A stretch of 64,000 nucleotides of DNA from Bacilli bacterium (GTDB lineage Bacteria > Bacillota_I > Bacilli_A > RF39 > UBA660), in contig JAFZKH010000009.1 in assembly GCA_017553685.1 (NCBI GenBank), positions 36,945 through 100,944 on the forward strand, written 5' to 3'. Shown here in pieces: positions 51,187-60,137 of the stretch. Numbering within the stretch: position 1 is the first letter of the stretch; the number at the start of each line of letters is the position of its first letter. The notes below the pieces were generated by a model. That model searched no databases. It was not told the DNA's origin and was given only the letters and a program-made list of their open reading frames with translations. The position numbers and the translations under genes were made by a program.

Positions 51187-51924
51187 CTAGTCTATATATT
51201 TCTTATAACCATTTTCTTCTATTTCTTTAACAAGAGATTTATCTCCTGTATCTACTATTTTACCGTCTACTAAAACATGAACTATATAATTATCTAGTTC
51301 CTCAAGTATCTTTGATGAATGAGTAATCATTAAAATAGCATTATCATCATTCTTATACATATTAATGCCTTTAGAAACAGTTTTAATAGCATCTATATCA
51401 AGACCAGAATCTATTTCATCTAATATAGCAAGTTTAGGTTTTAACATTAGCATTTGAAGTATCTCATTCTTTTTCTTTTCTCCACCGGAAAAACCTACAT
51501 TTAAATCTCTATGTTCTTTATCTTTATCAATACCTAATTCATCCATAGTAGATTCTAATTCTTTTATATATTCATATAATTGAACTTTCTCTCTAGTATT
51601 AAGAGCACTCTTAATAAAATTAGATACTGATATACCAGGTATTTCTACTGGAGATTGAAAAGACATAAATATACCTAATTTAGCTCTTTCATTAGTTTTT
51701 AATTCATTTATATTTTGCCCATCAAAGTATATATTACCCTCTTTTACTATGTATTTTGGACTATTTAATATAGTATTAGCTAAGGTAGACTTACCTGCCC
51801 CATTTGGCCCCATAATTACATGTATTTCACCATTATTTATAGTTAAATTAAGACCCTTTAATATATTCATACTTTCATCATCAGATGCAATAGTATGTAA
51901 GTTATCTATTTTAAGTAATTCCAT
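51187..51924 (-). CDS. sufC: Fe-S assembly ATPase SufC
   Basis: GPNGAGKST, GFSGGEKK, LDEIDSGLD. Confidence 0.96.
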   Translation of the reverse strand: MELLKIDNLHTIASDDESMNILKGLNLTINNGEIHVIMGPNGAGKSTLANTILNSPKYIVKEGNIYFDGQNINELKTNERAKLGIFMSFQSPVEIPGISVSNFIKSALNTREKVQLYEYIKELESTMDELGIDKDKEHRDLNVGFSGGEKKKNEILQMLMLKPKLAILDEIDSGLDIDAIKTVSKGINMYKNDDNAILMITHSSKILEELDNYIVHVLVDGKIVDTGDKSLVKEIEENGYKKYID

Positions 51925-51933
51925 ATAAACCTC

Positions 51934-52326
51934 CTATAATATATCAATTAGTTTTTTATTTTTAAGAAACTCTGCTTCTATTTCATATAACTCATCCCAA
52001 ATAGGATATGTTTTACAAGTTATTTTAACTTTACAAGCATCATCATCTAAAACGCATTTAATAGGTGCTAAATTGTCTTCAACAGCATTAAGTATTTCAA
52101 AGATAGAGTATTCTTTTGGATCTTTAACTAAAGTATATCCACCTTCTACTCCTCTTTCACTTTTAATTAATTTAGCTTTATTTAATAAAGCTGCAATCTT
52201 TTCCATATATTTAACAGAAAAAGAATCACCAGTTATTTCACTAATAGAAATACTACCTTTACCATAGTTTCTACCTAAATAAACCATTAACTCTAACGCA
52301 TACTTTCCTTTTGAAGATATCCTCAT
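51934..52326 (-). CDS. Rrf2 family regulator with 3 Cys (IscR-like)
   Basis: SERGVEGGY, CVLDDDACKVKITC. Confidence 0.9.
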   Translation of the reverse strand: MRISSKGKYALELMVYLGRNYGKGSISISEITGDSFSVKYMEKIAALLNKAKLIKSERGVEGGYTLVKDPKEYSIFEILNAVEDNLAPIKCVLDDDACKVKITCKTYPIWDELYEIEAEFLKNKKLIDIL

Positions 52327-52343
52327 TTCAATCACCTAAATAT

Positions 52344-52368
52344 ATTCTATACTAATTTAGTAGGAATT
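52344..52368. promoter_or_regulatory. IscR type-1-like operator within the TTGTAA-17-TAGAAT promoter
   Basis: Minus strand AATTCCTACTAAATTAGTATAGAAT with ACT-RWWWY-AGT core. Confidence 0.6.
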
Positions 52369-52395
52369 ACAAGCAAAATAAAAAGACTAATTAAA

Positions 52396-52833
52396 TTAGC
52401 CTTTATATTTAGCATCCTTTGAGCATCCAAGAATCATAAATGCTATAGGTGCAGTTACTGGAATTCCTAGGAATACACCAACAGCAGTAGACTTACCAAA
52501 CTTGTTAGCAATAGCTATACCACGTCTAATAGAAACTACAAGACCATAGATAGGAATTAACATCATAAAGTAATTCCAAATTGGCATATTAGCTGCTTCT
52601 AGTAAAATTACATCATTATATCCACCAATTAATGCATAGTATCCTGGTTTTCCCATCTTAACGAATGTTTTCCACATTCCGATAATATAAAATACTATCC
52701 AAGCAATAAGAAGAATATAATATAACACATAGAAAATTACCATGAAAACTGCCATTGCAGTTCCTGTAGTAGCAGCAGCTGCAGCAGCTCCACTATAATC
52801 ATAACCGCCATAATTATAACCATTTGTATACAT
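52396..52833 (-). CDS. DUF5684-like membrane protein
   Basis: WKTFVKMGKPGYYALI..YN..FGKS. Confidence 0.7.
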   Translation of the reverse strand: MYTNGYNYGGYDYSGAAAAAATTGTAMAVFMVIFYVLYYILLIAWIVFYIIGMWKTFVKMGKPGYYALIGGYNDVILLEAANMPIWNYFMMLIPIYGLVVSIRRGIAIANKFGKSTAVGVFLGIPVTAPIAFMILGCSKDAKYKG

Positions 52834-52933
52834 ATTCCCTATTCTCCTTTCTATAAATAAGTATACTATATTTTAGTAAAAAAATATAGTGTTTATTATA
52901 AAATTTGATATAATAAATTTACAAGGTGTCAAT

Positions 52934-53317
52934 ATGAAAAACAAAGAAGAAAAAGAACAATTAATAATGCAAAATATTAAAAGTGATTATGATTTAATAA
53001 GAGAACTAGATAAATTAAATATAAGACTTTTTTATGTAAAAGGTGCTCTATATGTTACTAGAAAAAACGGAGAGCAAGCACAGTGTAATACTTTTGGAAT
53101 AAAAGAAGGAACTATAAGTATGATTAGTGCAAAAACTAATGAATTTGATCTAGTAATAAATGTAGTAAAAAGAGGCTCTAATTATACATTTTCAAGTATT
53201 TTGTTTAAAACTAGGGATAATAAATATCAAAGAATTGAAAATGAAAAACTTAATTCAAGTAAAGGGTTACTTGAATCTCTAAAATTAAAAATGAAACAAA
53301 AAAAAGATAGACAATAG
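52934..53317 (+). CDS. Hypothetical protein
   Basis: ORF with RBS AAGGTG and its own terminator; no motif recognised. Confidence 0.6.
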   Translation: MKNKEEKEQLIMQNIKSDYDLIRELDKLNIRLFYVKGALYVTRKNGEQAQCNTFGIKEGTISMISAKTNEFDLVINVVKRGSNYTFSSILFKTRDNKYQRIENEKLNSSKGLLESLKLKMKQKKDRQ

Positions 53318-53328
53318 TCTATCTTTTA

Positions 53329-55287
53329 TTATTCTAATATTGTTAATTTTTGTTGTGCTCTAGTACATGATACATAATATAGATTCTTATTCTTATATTC
53401 ATCTTCTTTATATATAATTACATATTCAAATTCTAATCCCTTAGATAAATAAGATGGAATAATAAATACATCTTTATCAAATGTATCTGTATTAAAATCA
53501 ATTAACTGAATATTTTTATCATCTAATTCTTTATATAATTTTCTTGCTTTTTTCATAGTATCTGTAATAATAGCAGTCTTCTTATATTTAGAATTTCTTA
53601 TACATTTCTTTAAATTATCTATTGATAATTTAATTACTTCTACATCGTCTCCTAAAGTATTTCTAACAGCACATACATTATCTAAACCAAGTATTTTATT
53701 AGAGAACTCTACTATCTTTTCAGTAGATCTATATGTTTTATTTAATTCTATATATTTATATGATTTAAATAAGTCTTTATAATCTATTATTTTACTCTTA
53801 TCAAATGAGTTAATATTTTGATTATCATCACCAAGTATAGTAAATGATGCTTCTGGGAACATCTTCTTAATAACATCTATTTCATTAAGTGTATAATCTT
53901 GCGCTTCATCAATAACAACATGTTTTAAAGATAAATCTTTTTTTACTCCATTAACATAAAAATATAGGTTAAGTATATTCATTACATCCTCATACTTAAT
54001 AACTTCATTATTTATTAAGAATGATGATAGTTTTTGAGTGTTTAAGAACTCTTTATATACTTCATATACATCTAGGTTAATATTACTATTACTAATTAAA
54101 TAGTTTTTTACTTTATTATAGAAGTCTTTATTTTTAATACCTAGATTATCACAAATGAATTCTGCTATTCTTCTAAATCTATCTTTAATACATAATCTCT
54201 TATATTTTTCATTAAACATATAATTAATATCTTTAGCATAGAATGTTTCTGTTCCTATAGTAAACTTTCTAGTAAAATTAAATGAATTATAATAATTCTT
54301 AACAAATCTTTTTAATTCCTTAGATGAGTTTAATTTCTTAGGAGCATCTTTAGCTTCATTATCTTCTATTCTAGAAATATATTTAACATATGGTTCTATT
54401 TTATATGAATTTAAATAACTTTCTAAATAACTAGTTAAAGTAAAACATTTAGTATTCTTTTCTCCAAGTTCTGGAAGAACATCTGATATATAATCAGAGA
54501 ATATTTCATTAGGAGATATAATTAGAATATTCTTAGATTCTAGTTTAGCATCTCTATATAGTAGATAAGCGATTCTATGAAGAGCAACTACTGTTTTACC
54601 TGAACCAGCAGTTCCTTGTACTAATAAATTCTTATCATCAACATTTCTAATTATTTGGTTTTGTTCCTTTTGAATAGTACTAATAATATTTGTTAACTTT
54701 TTATCATTAGTATTAGATAACATTTCTTGAAGATATTCATCATCAATATTAATAGATGAATCAAAACATCTAACAAGTTCTCCATCTTTAATTTTAAATT
54801 GAATCTTTCTATCTATATTACATTTTATCTCTTTAGTATCTATCTTATAAGAAGCAGGCCCAAGTTCATAGTTATAGAATAGAGATGCTATTGGACTTCT
54901 CCAGTCATATACATAGAAATTATCATTCTTTTCAACAGATGTTATACCGATATAAATATTTTCTTTATCATTATTAAAATCACATGTAATCTTACCAAAA
55001 TAAGGTATTAAAGCTGCTCTTTTGTAAAGTTCAATCTTATCTATTTTTTTATTAATTTGATCTACTCTAGATTCAACAGCATAAACATTTCTAATAGAAT
55101 CTTGATCATATAAAGAATCATCATTTTTTTCTTCATATATTTGTCTTTTAATATCATTAACTTCAGACATCTTTTTTTGAACATCATCAGTCATTTCAGT
55201 AATTTCGTCATTTAAAATACTTTCTACTGTAGAAAGATATTCTTTTTCATGTTTAATTTCACTATCTAAAAGTTTCAAAATTACCAC
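53329..55287 (-). CDS. helD: RNA polymerase recycling helicase HelD
   Basis: PYFGKI, YDWRSPIASLFY, TIQKEQ, GTAGSGKTVVALHR, IDEAQD. Confidence 0.88.
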   Translation of the reverse strand: MVILKLLDSEIKHEKEYLSTVESILNDEITEMTDDVQKKMSEVNDIKRQIYEEKNDDSLYDQDSIRNVYAVESRVDQINKKIDKIELYKRAALIPYFGKITCDFNNDKENIYIGITSVEKNDNFYVYDWRSPIASLFYNYELGPASYKIDTKEIKCNIDRKIQFKIKDGELVRCFDSSINIDDEYLQEMLSNTNDKKLTNIISTIQKEQNQIIRNVDDKNLLVQGTAGSGKTVVALHRIAYLLYRDAKLESKNILIISPNEIFSDYISDVLPELGEKNTKCFTLTSYLESYLNSYKIEPYVKYISRIEDNEAKDAPKKLNSSKELKRFVKNYYNSFNFTRKFTIGTETFYAKDINYMFNEKYKRLCIKDRFRRIAEFICDNLGIKNKDFYNKVKNYLISNSNINLDVYEVYKEFLNTQKLSSFLINNEVIKYEDVMNILNLYFYVNGVKKDLSLKHVVIDEAQDYTLNEIDVIKKMFPEASFTILGDDNQNINSFDKSKIIDYKDLFKSYKYIELNKTYRSTEKIVEFSNKILGLDNVCAVRNTLGDDVEVIKLSIDNLKKCIRNSKYKKTAIITDTMKKARKLYKELDDKNIQLIDFNTDTFDKDVFIIPSYLSKGLEFEYVIIYKEDEYKNKNLYYVSCTRAQQKLTILE

Positions 55288-55357
55288 CCCGTTTTTTTAA
55301 ATCATATAATATTATATAACAAAAACAAGATAATAACAATAAAAAAGTAGGCAATGC

Positions 55358-55957
55358 CTACTTTTTACTTATACCAATTAATTTTGGAACTTTTGTTAGT
55401 CTATTAACAGTATAAACAACAGAATCTTCATCTCCTACTTGATAATCACTTTCATCACCCATTGGATCAAAGAATAATGATTTTCCTCCACGAAGTGTCC
55501 AAGATTGTAATTCAGATAAATGCATATCTACTAATGTATTACCTGTAATAGCAAACCCTTCACTCATTATATCTCCAAAGTGTTGTTCTTCTTTTGATTC
55601 ATCTATGATTTCTTGGCCTTCCTTTTTTATAGGAATAGTATATGGTTCACCTTCATATCCATACTTTTCAAGAATAGCTTTCCATGCTTCTTTTTCTCTA
55701 TCACATAGAGTTTTAACTACAACTACAAACTCTCTATATGCTCTTATAGCATTTAAAGAATCCATATTATTAAATGTATTCCAAAAGCATATATTCTTAT
55801 ATTTTTTATACCAATCTATAGAATTTAAAAACTCTTGTTCATTAAGGTTATCACCCTTTTTATACGCACTACGGATAGATGCTATAACTTGTTCTCTATA
55901 ATCTCTTGTTCCTGCAAATACACAATCAGTACTTACAAATATTTTCTTTACTTCCAT
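55358..55957 (-). CDS. Hypothetical protein
   Basis: ORF with RBS GGAGAG and terminator at stop. Confidence 0.65.
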   Translation of the reverse strand: MEVKKIFVSTDCVFAGTRDYREQVIASIRSAYKKGDNLNEQEFLNSIDWYKKYKNICFWNTFNNMDSLNAIRAYREFVVVVKTLCDREKEAWKAILEKYGYEGEPYTIPIKKEGQEIIDESKEEQHFGDIMSEGFAITGNTLVDMHLSELQSWTLRGGKSLFFDPMGDESDYQVGDEDSVVYTVNRLTKVPKLIGISKK

Positions 55958-56025
55958 TTTATCTCTCCTAAAAGTGAATATATTTTAACACTTTTAAATA
56001 ACCATTGTCAATTGAAAAAACAGGA

Positions 56026-56541
56026 TTAATCCTGTTTTTTAGATCCTGGTTTTTCTCTATTTTGTTTATATAGTTTTACAAGTGTTTCTCCAAAAAGATT
56101 TCTAGTAATTATATCCCAATCTTCTGCATATTCGTATAGTTTATGAAATAGTTCCTCATCTACAACATCACTATAAGATATAAATGTTTTTAAATCTTCA
56201 TATGATGTTCCTTTTTGTGCTTCTTCCATTATTATGCCTGCAACTTCATATGCTTGTAAATGACATTCAATTTCTGAGTCATCAATAGATTGAGAACCAG
56301 TTCCATATACTATAACTCTAATATGATTTGTCCAATCATCTTTTTTATCTTCTCTACAATATTTAGCATATTTAGACATATCACTAATAAATTCTTCAGC
56401 CATATGACTATAAATATGTTGATCTTTTGTTAAATGCATTACTCTTGCCATTCTAACATTTTCCATTACTTTTTCAGTTCTTAAATCAAGTTTTTCTTTT
56501 AATGGTATAACAAGTGTTGATGTTTTACTCATATTATTCAC
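56026..56541 (-). CDS. Hypothetical protein
   Basis: ORF with RBS GAGGTG and terminator at stop. Confidence 0.65.
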   Translation of the reverse strand: MNNMSKTSTLVIPLKEKLDLRTEKVMENVRMARVMHLTKDQHIYSHMAEEFISDMSKYAKYCREDKKDDWTNHIRVIVYGTGSQSIDDSEIECHLQAYEVAGIIMEEAQKGTSYEDLKTFISYSDVVDEELFHKLYEYAEDWDIITRNLFGETLVKLYKQNREKPGSKKQD

Positions 56542-56593
56542 CTCAAAACATGATATATATTATATATTACAATAAAAAAATAAGCAATAATGC

Positions 56594-57028
56594 TTATTTA
56601 ATTATTTGAATAATACCTAAATCAATACTATTATTATTTTTTGCTTGAGTAATTGCATCTATTATTAAATCATCTGAACGAAGTTCATCTTTCATATTTA
56701 AGATTTCTTCATAAGTAAACCATTTAATATCTAATATTTCTCTAGGATCAATTCTGATTTCTCCACCAACTATATTAGTACTAAATACTACTCCCAAAAA
56801 TTCATCATCAGTCATTACTCTATTTTCTATTCTTAGTATACCAGTTAAATCAACATTTAAACCAGTTTCTTCAAAAACTTCTCTCTTAGCTCCTTCAAAT
56901 ATAGTTTCATTAGGATCTAAATGACCAGCAGGTATATTCCATTTACCTCTGCATTTTTCTTGTGCTTCTTGAACTAATAGATATTTATTATCTTTTTTAA
57001 TTACTCCACCTACAATTATTTTTCCCAT
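56594..57028 (-). CDS. NUDIX hydrolase
   Basis: PAGHLDPNETIFEGAKREVFEET. Confidence 0.92.
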   Translation of the reverse strand: MGKIIVGGVIKKDNKYLLVQEAQEKCRGKWNIPAGHLDPNETIFEGAKREVFEETGLNVDLTGILRIENRVMTDDEFLGVVFSTNIVGGEIRIDPREILDIKWFTYEEILNMKDELRSDDLIIDAITQAKNNNSIDLGIIQIIK

Positions 57029-57074
57029 TTATATCACTCCAAAAAAATTATAACATAAAAAATAGACATTAAGT

Positions 57075-57485
57075 CTATTTTTGTTTATATGTTTTAATAT
57101 AACTTTCTATTATAGGAATTCTTTTTATATCTTTTTCTCTAGTACTAGATATTAGAAAATTATAATAATCTAATATGTTTTGTACATAATAACCGGATTC
57201 TAATAATTCAGGTTGAAATTTTAAATTAGATTTACTACCATCATTGAATCCTTCAATTCTAGAATCCTTTATACACCAGTGATTACCCTTTATTATCTCT
57301 ACATCATAATTATCTCTTAACATAGATAATCCTTTATCAGTTACACCAATATCTAAATCACCAGCATCTTCTAAAATACCTCTAAGTACAAGTGCACCAG
57401 ATGACAATACCCAGAATTCCTCTCTAACAATTTTAAGTGTTCCTAATAACTCTAGAAGTTCTTCTTTGTTCATTCTTTTTTCCAT
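57075..57485 (-). CDS. Small nucleotidyltransferase-like protein
   Basis: SSGALVLRG..GDLDIGV; start codon uncertain. Confidence 0.5.
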   Translation of the reverse strand: MEKRMNKEELLELLGTLKIVREEFWVLSSGALVLRGILEDAGDLDIGVTDKGLSMLRDNYDVEIIKGNHWCIKDSRIEGFNDGSKSNLKFQPELLESGYYVQNILDYYNFLISSTREKDIKRIPIIESYIKTYKQK

Positions 57486-57546
57486 AAAAAACCTCCTTAT
57501 TTTACCCACAAAAAAACTTAGATAAATCTCTAAGTTGTTTTTTAAA

Positions 57547-57622
57547 TGGTGGCTCCAGGTGGGATCGAACCACCGACACCAGGATTTTCAGTCCTGTGCT
57601 CTACCTACTGAGCTATAGAGCC
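57547..57622 (-). tRNA. tRNA-Phe (GAA)
   Basis: Loop CTGAAAA, CCA. Confidence 0.96.
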
Positions 57623-57633
57623 ACATAAAAAAA

Positions 57634-57709
57634 TGGCGGTTCCGAAGGGACTTGAACCCTCGATCTTCTGCGTGACAGGCAGACGTGTTAACCACTACAC
57701 CACGGAACC
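57634..57709 (-). tRNA. tRNA-Asp (GTC)
   Basis: Loop CTGTCAC, CCA. Confidence 0.96.
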
Positions 57710-57712
57710 AAT

Positions 57713-57789
57713 TGGTTGCGGGGGTTGGATTTGAACCAACGACCTTCGGGTTATGAGCCCGACGAGCTTCCAGACTGCTCCACCCCGCG
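57713..57789 (-). tRNA. Initiator tRNA-fMet (CAT)
   Basis: C1:A72 mismatch, GGG/CCC anticodon stem. Confidence 0.96.
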
Positions 57790-57809
57790 ATATAACAAAT
57801 AATTTTAAA

Positions 57810-57902
57810 TGGCGGAGAAGAAGGGATTCGAACCCCTGCGCCGGTTACCCGACCTCCCGGTTTTCAAGACCGGTCCCTTCAGCCAGACTTGGGTACTTCT
57901 CC
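57810..57902 (-). tRNA. tRNA-Ser (TGA)
   Basis: Long variable arm, loop CTTGAAA. Confidence 0.95.
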
Positions 57903-57906
57903 ACAG

Positions 57907-57995
57907 TGGTGCTTCAGGCCGGACTTGAACCGGCACGTGATTTGACTCACGCAGGATTTTAAGTCCTGTGCGTCTACCAATTCCGCCACTAAAGC
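57907..57995 (-). tRNA. tRNA-Leu (TAA)
   Basis: Long variable arm, loop CTTAAAA. Confidence 0.95.
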
Positions 57996-58111
57996 ACGTG
58001 TGCCAATTTGCTTGGACTTCTTAATTGTAATATATTTTTGTTTATTTTGCAATACTTTTTTTACAATTTTAACAACAAAAAAACTAGGTAAAACCTAGTA
58101 TTTTTTTAAAA

Positions 58112-58187
58112 TGGTGTCTCGTATGCGACTTGAACGCATGACCCCTTGATTAAAAGTCAAGTGCTCTACCGACTGAGCTAACGAGAC
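58112..58187 (-). tRNA. tRNA-Lys (TTT)
   Basis: Loop CTTTTAA. Confidence 0.96.
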
Positions 58188-58202
58188 ATATAACAAAAAC
58201 AT

Positions 58203-58277
58203 TGGCTGCCTTGGGTAGATTCGAACTACCGCATGTCAGAGTCAAAGTCTGATGCCTTACCACTTGGCTACAAGGCA
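58203..58277 (-). tRNA. tRNA-Gln (TTG)
   Basis: Loop CTTTGAC. Confidence 0.95.
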
Positions 58278-58282
58278 ATCCA

Positions 58283-58366
58283 TGGTGGGAAGAGGTGGAT
58301 TCGAACCACCGAACCCGAAGGAGCAGATTTACAGTCTGCCGCGTTTAGCCACTTCGCTATCTTCCC
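58283..58366 (-). tRNA. tRNA-Tyr (GTA)
   Basis: Loop CTGTAAA, variable arm. Confidence 0.96.
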
Positions 58367-58374
58367 ATAAAAAA

Positions 58375-58450
<76 letters not shown>

Positions 58451-58453
58451 ACA

Positions 58454-58530
58454 TGGTGGACTCTGAGGGACTCGAACCTTCGACCTCCTGCTTGTAAGGC
58501 AGATGCTCTAACCAACTGAGCTAAGAATCC
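58454..58530 (-). tRNA. tRNA-Val (TAC)
   Basis: Loop CTTACAA. Confidence 0.96.
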
Positions 58531-58549
58531 ATAAACATTGACAATTACA

Positions 58550-58578
58550 AATATACCATTGATATCAAGTATTGTCAA
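58550..58578 (-). promoter_or_regulatory. Promoter of the tRNA cluster
   Basis: TTGACA-17 nt-TATATT on the minus strand. Confidence 0.75.
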
Positions 58579-58599
58579 TGTATTTTATCAATTTTTTTA

Positions 58600-58941
58600 T
58601 TATTTATTTTCTAATTCTTCAAGTGTTTCTTCTATCCATTCAGGAAGCATTTTTTCCAAGGTAGCAAAACCCTTTTTTGTTTCATATAATTTATTTTCTT
58701 TTTCGTTTAAATGAAGTCCTAACTCCTTTAAACTTAAAGATATATGCTTATTTTTGTCATCAACTTCTGTTATCTTTGCATATAGTTCTTGTCCTACATA
58801 AAAATAATCATTAATATTTTTAATATAATTACCATTAATCATAGAAACATGGATTAATCCTGTGTAATTACCACTTTTTATAAATGCTCCATAAGGTTTA
58901 ATAGAAGTAACCTCTACTTTTACTATTTCATTAACCTTCAT
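58600..58941 (-). CDS. S1 RNA-binding domain protein (YugI/CvfD-like)
   Basis: IKPYGAFI..GLIHVS..ISLSLK..KGFATL. Confidence 0.9.
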   Translation of the reverse strand: MKVNEIVKVEVTSIKPYGAFIKSGNYTGLIHVSMINGNYIKNINDYFYVGQELYAKITEVDDKNKHISLSLKELGLHLNEKENKLYETKKGFATLEKMLPEWIEETLEELENK

Positions 58942-59030
58942 AAAGCCCGTCCTTGAAAGTATTATAACATATATTTATTATTATTGAATAATTATTTAAA
59001 AAAATGTATAATTTATTTACGGAGGTCTTT

Positions 59031-59276
59031 ATGGAAATAATTGATCATATTAAATATATAATTGAAAAAATAAGACCATTTATGATTAGCGACGGTGGAG
59101 ATGTAAACTTCGTTAAATATGAAGATGGTATTGTATATATAACTATAAGTGGAGCTTGTGCTGATTGTGCACTTGCAGATACAGAAATAACTGATACTGT
59201 GGAAACAATACTTACATCAGAAATACCTGAAGTAATAGCAGTTGAAGTAATTAAAGAACAAAAAAAAGAAGATTAA
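59031..59276 (+). CDS. NifU/Nfu-type Fe-S carrier
   Basis: IRPFMISDGGDV..GACADC. Confidence 0.92.
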   Translation: MEIIDHIKYIIEKIRPFMISDGGDVNFVKYEDGIVYITISGACADCALADTEITDTVETILTSEIPEVIAVEVIKEQKKED

Positions 59277-60064
59277 ATCTTCTTTTTGTTTGGCATTAAT
59301 GCTAGTGTTTTAACCCCAGAAACAACATTTACATAAGCATCATCTATTTTAACAATTAAAGTAGAATCAACACTTACAGCTCTTATTGGTTCTTGAGTTT
59401 TCTTATCAACAATGATTAAATCTATAACAGATTCAATTTTGTTTCCCCAAACACCTGCATAGATATATTCTGCTTCAGAGTGTCTTCTTTCAGTGATTTG
59501 ACCATGTCCATATCCATCAAACGTATGAGAATATCCTTCTATAAATGTTTCATTTTGTCCTTCAATTTCATTTATACCAAAATAAGATACGTCATCACTT
59601 ACTGGGAAACCTATCATTTGACTATTATGAATTCTATCATCCATAGTATCTTGTAATACACCATTATTATAATCATTTGTAGATACTATTGTTGTATCAG
59701 TATGAATATTATCTATATATACTTCTAGATTTTCAGGAAGACCAACTGTATTAATCTTCATGTATAATCTTTTTGTATCTGTAATATGCCATTCATCACT
59801 ACCACAAGTATAATAAATTTTTAATTTAAAGTCTTCACCTTCAACATCTCTTATTTGTGTAACACCTTTACAAATATTATCTGTATTATCATCTCTATCT
59901 ATTACGTCAGAACCTTCAATATTGACTTCTTGTGGAGTACCTTCACAACTTGTTAATACAAATGGACTTATAGATAAAGCCAATACACTAATACCTGCTA
60001 CAGTTTTCCTTAAATTATCTTTACTAACTATGCCAATATTATTTTTTTTGTTAATTTTTTTCAT
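59273..60064 (-). CDS. Hypothetical lipoprotein
   Basis: Basic N-terminus, hydrophobic stretch, VLTSC lipobox. Confidence 0.6.
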   Translation of the reverse strand: MKKINKKNNIGIVSKDNLRKTVAGISVLALSISPFVLTSCEGTPQEVNIEGSDVIDRDDNTDNICKGVTQIRDVEGEDFKLKIYYTCGSDEWHITDTKRLYMKINTVGLPENLEVYIDNIHTDTTIVSTNDYNNGVLQDTMDDRIHNSQMIGFPVSDDVSYFGINEIEGQNETFIEGYSHTFDGYGHGQITERRHSEAEYIYAGVWGNKIESVIDLIIVDKKTQEPIRAVSVDSTLIVKIDDAYVNVVSGVKTLALMPNKKKI

Positions 60065-60137
60065 TTTTAGTTTCCCCTTCAAAAAAGTAGCAATATATTA
60101 TCATATTTTTAATATTTTGTCAAAATAAGAAAGAAGC

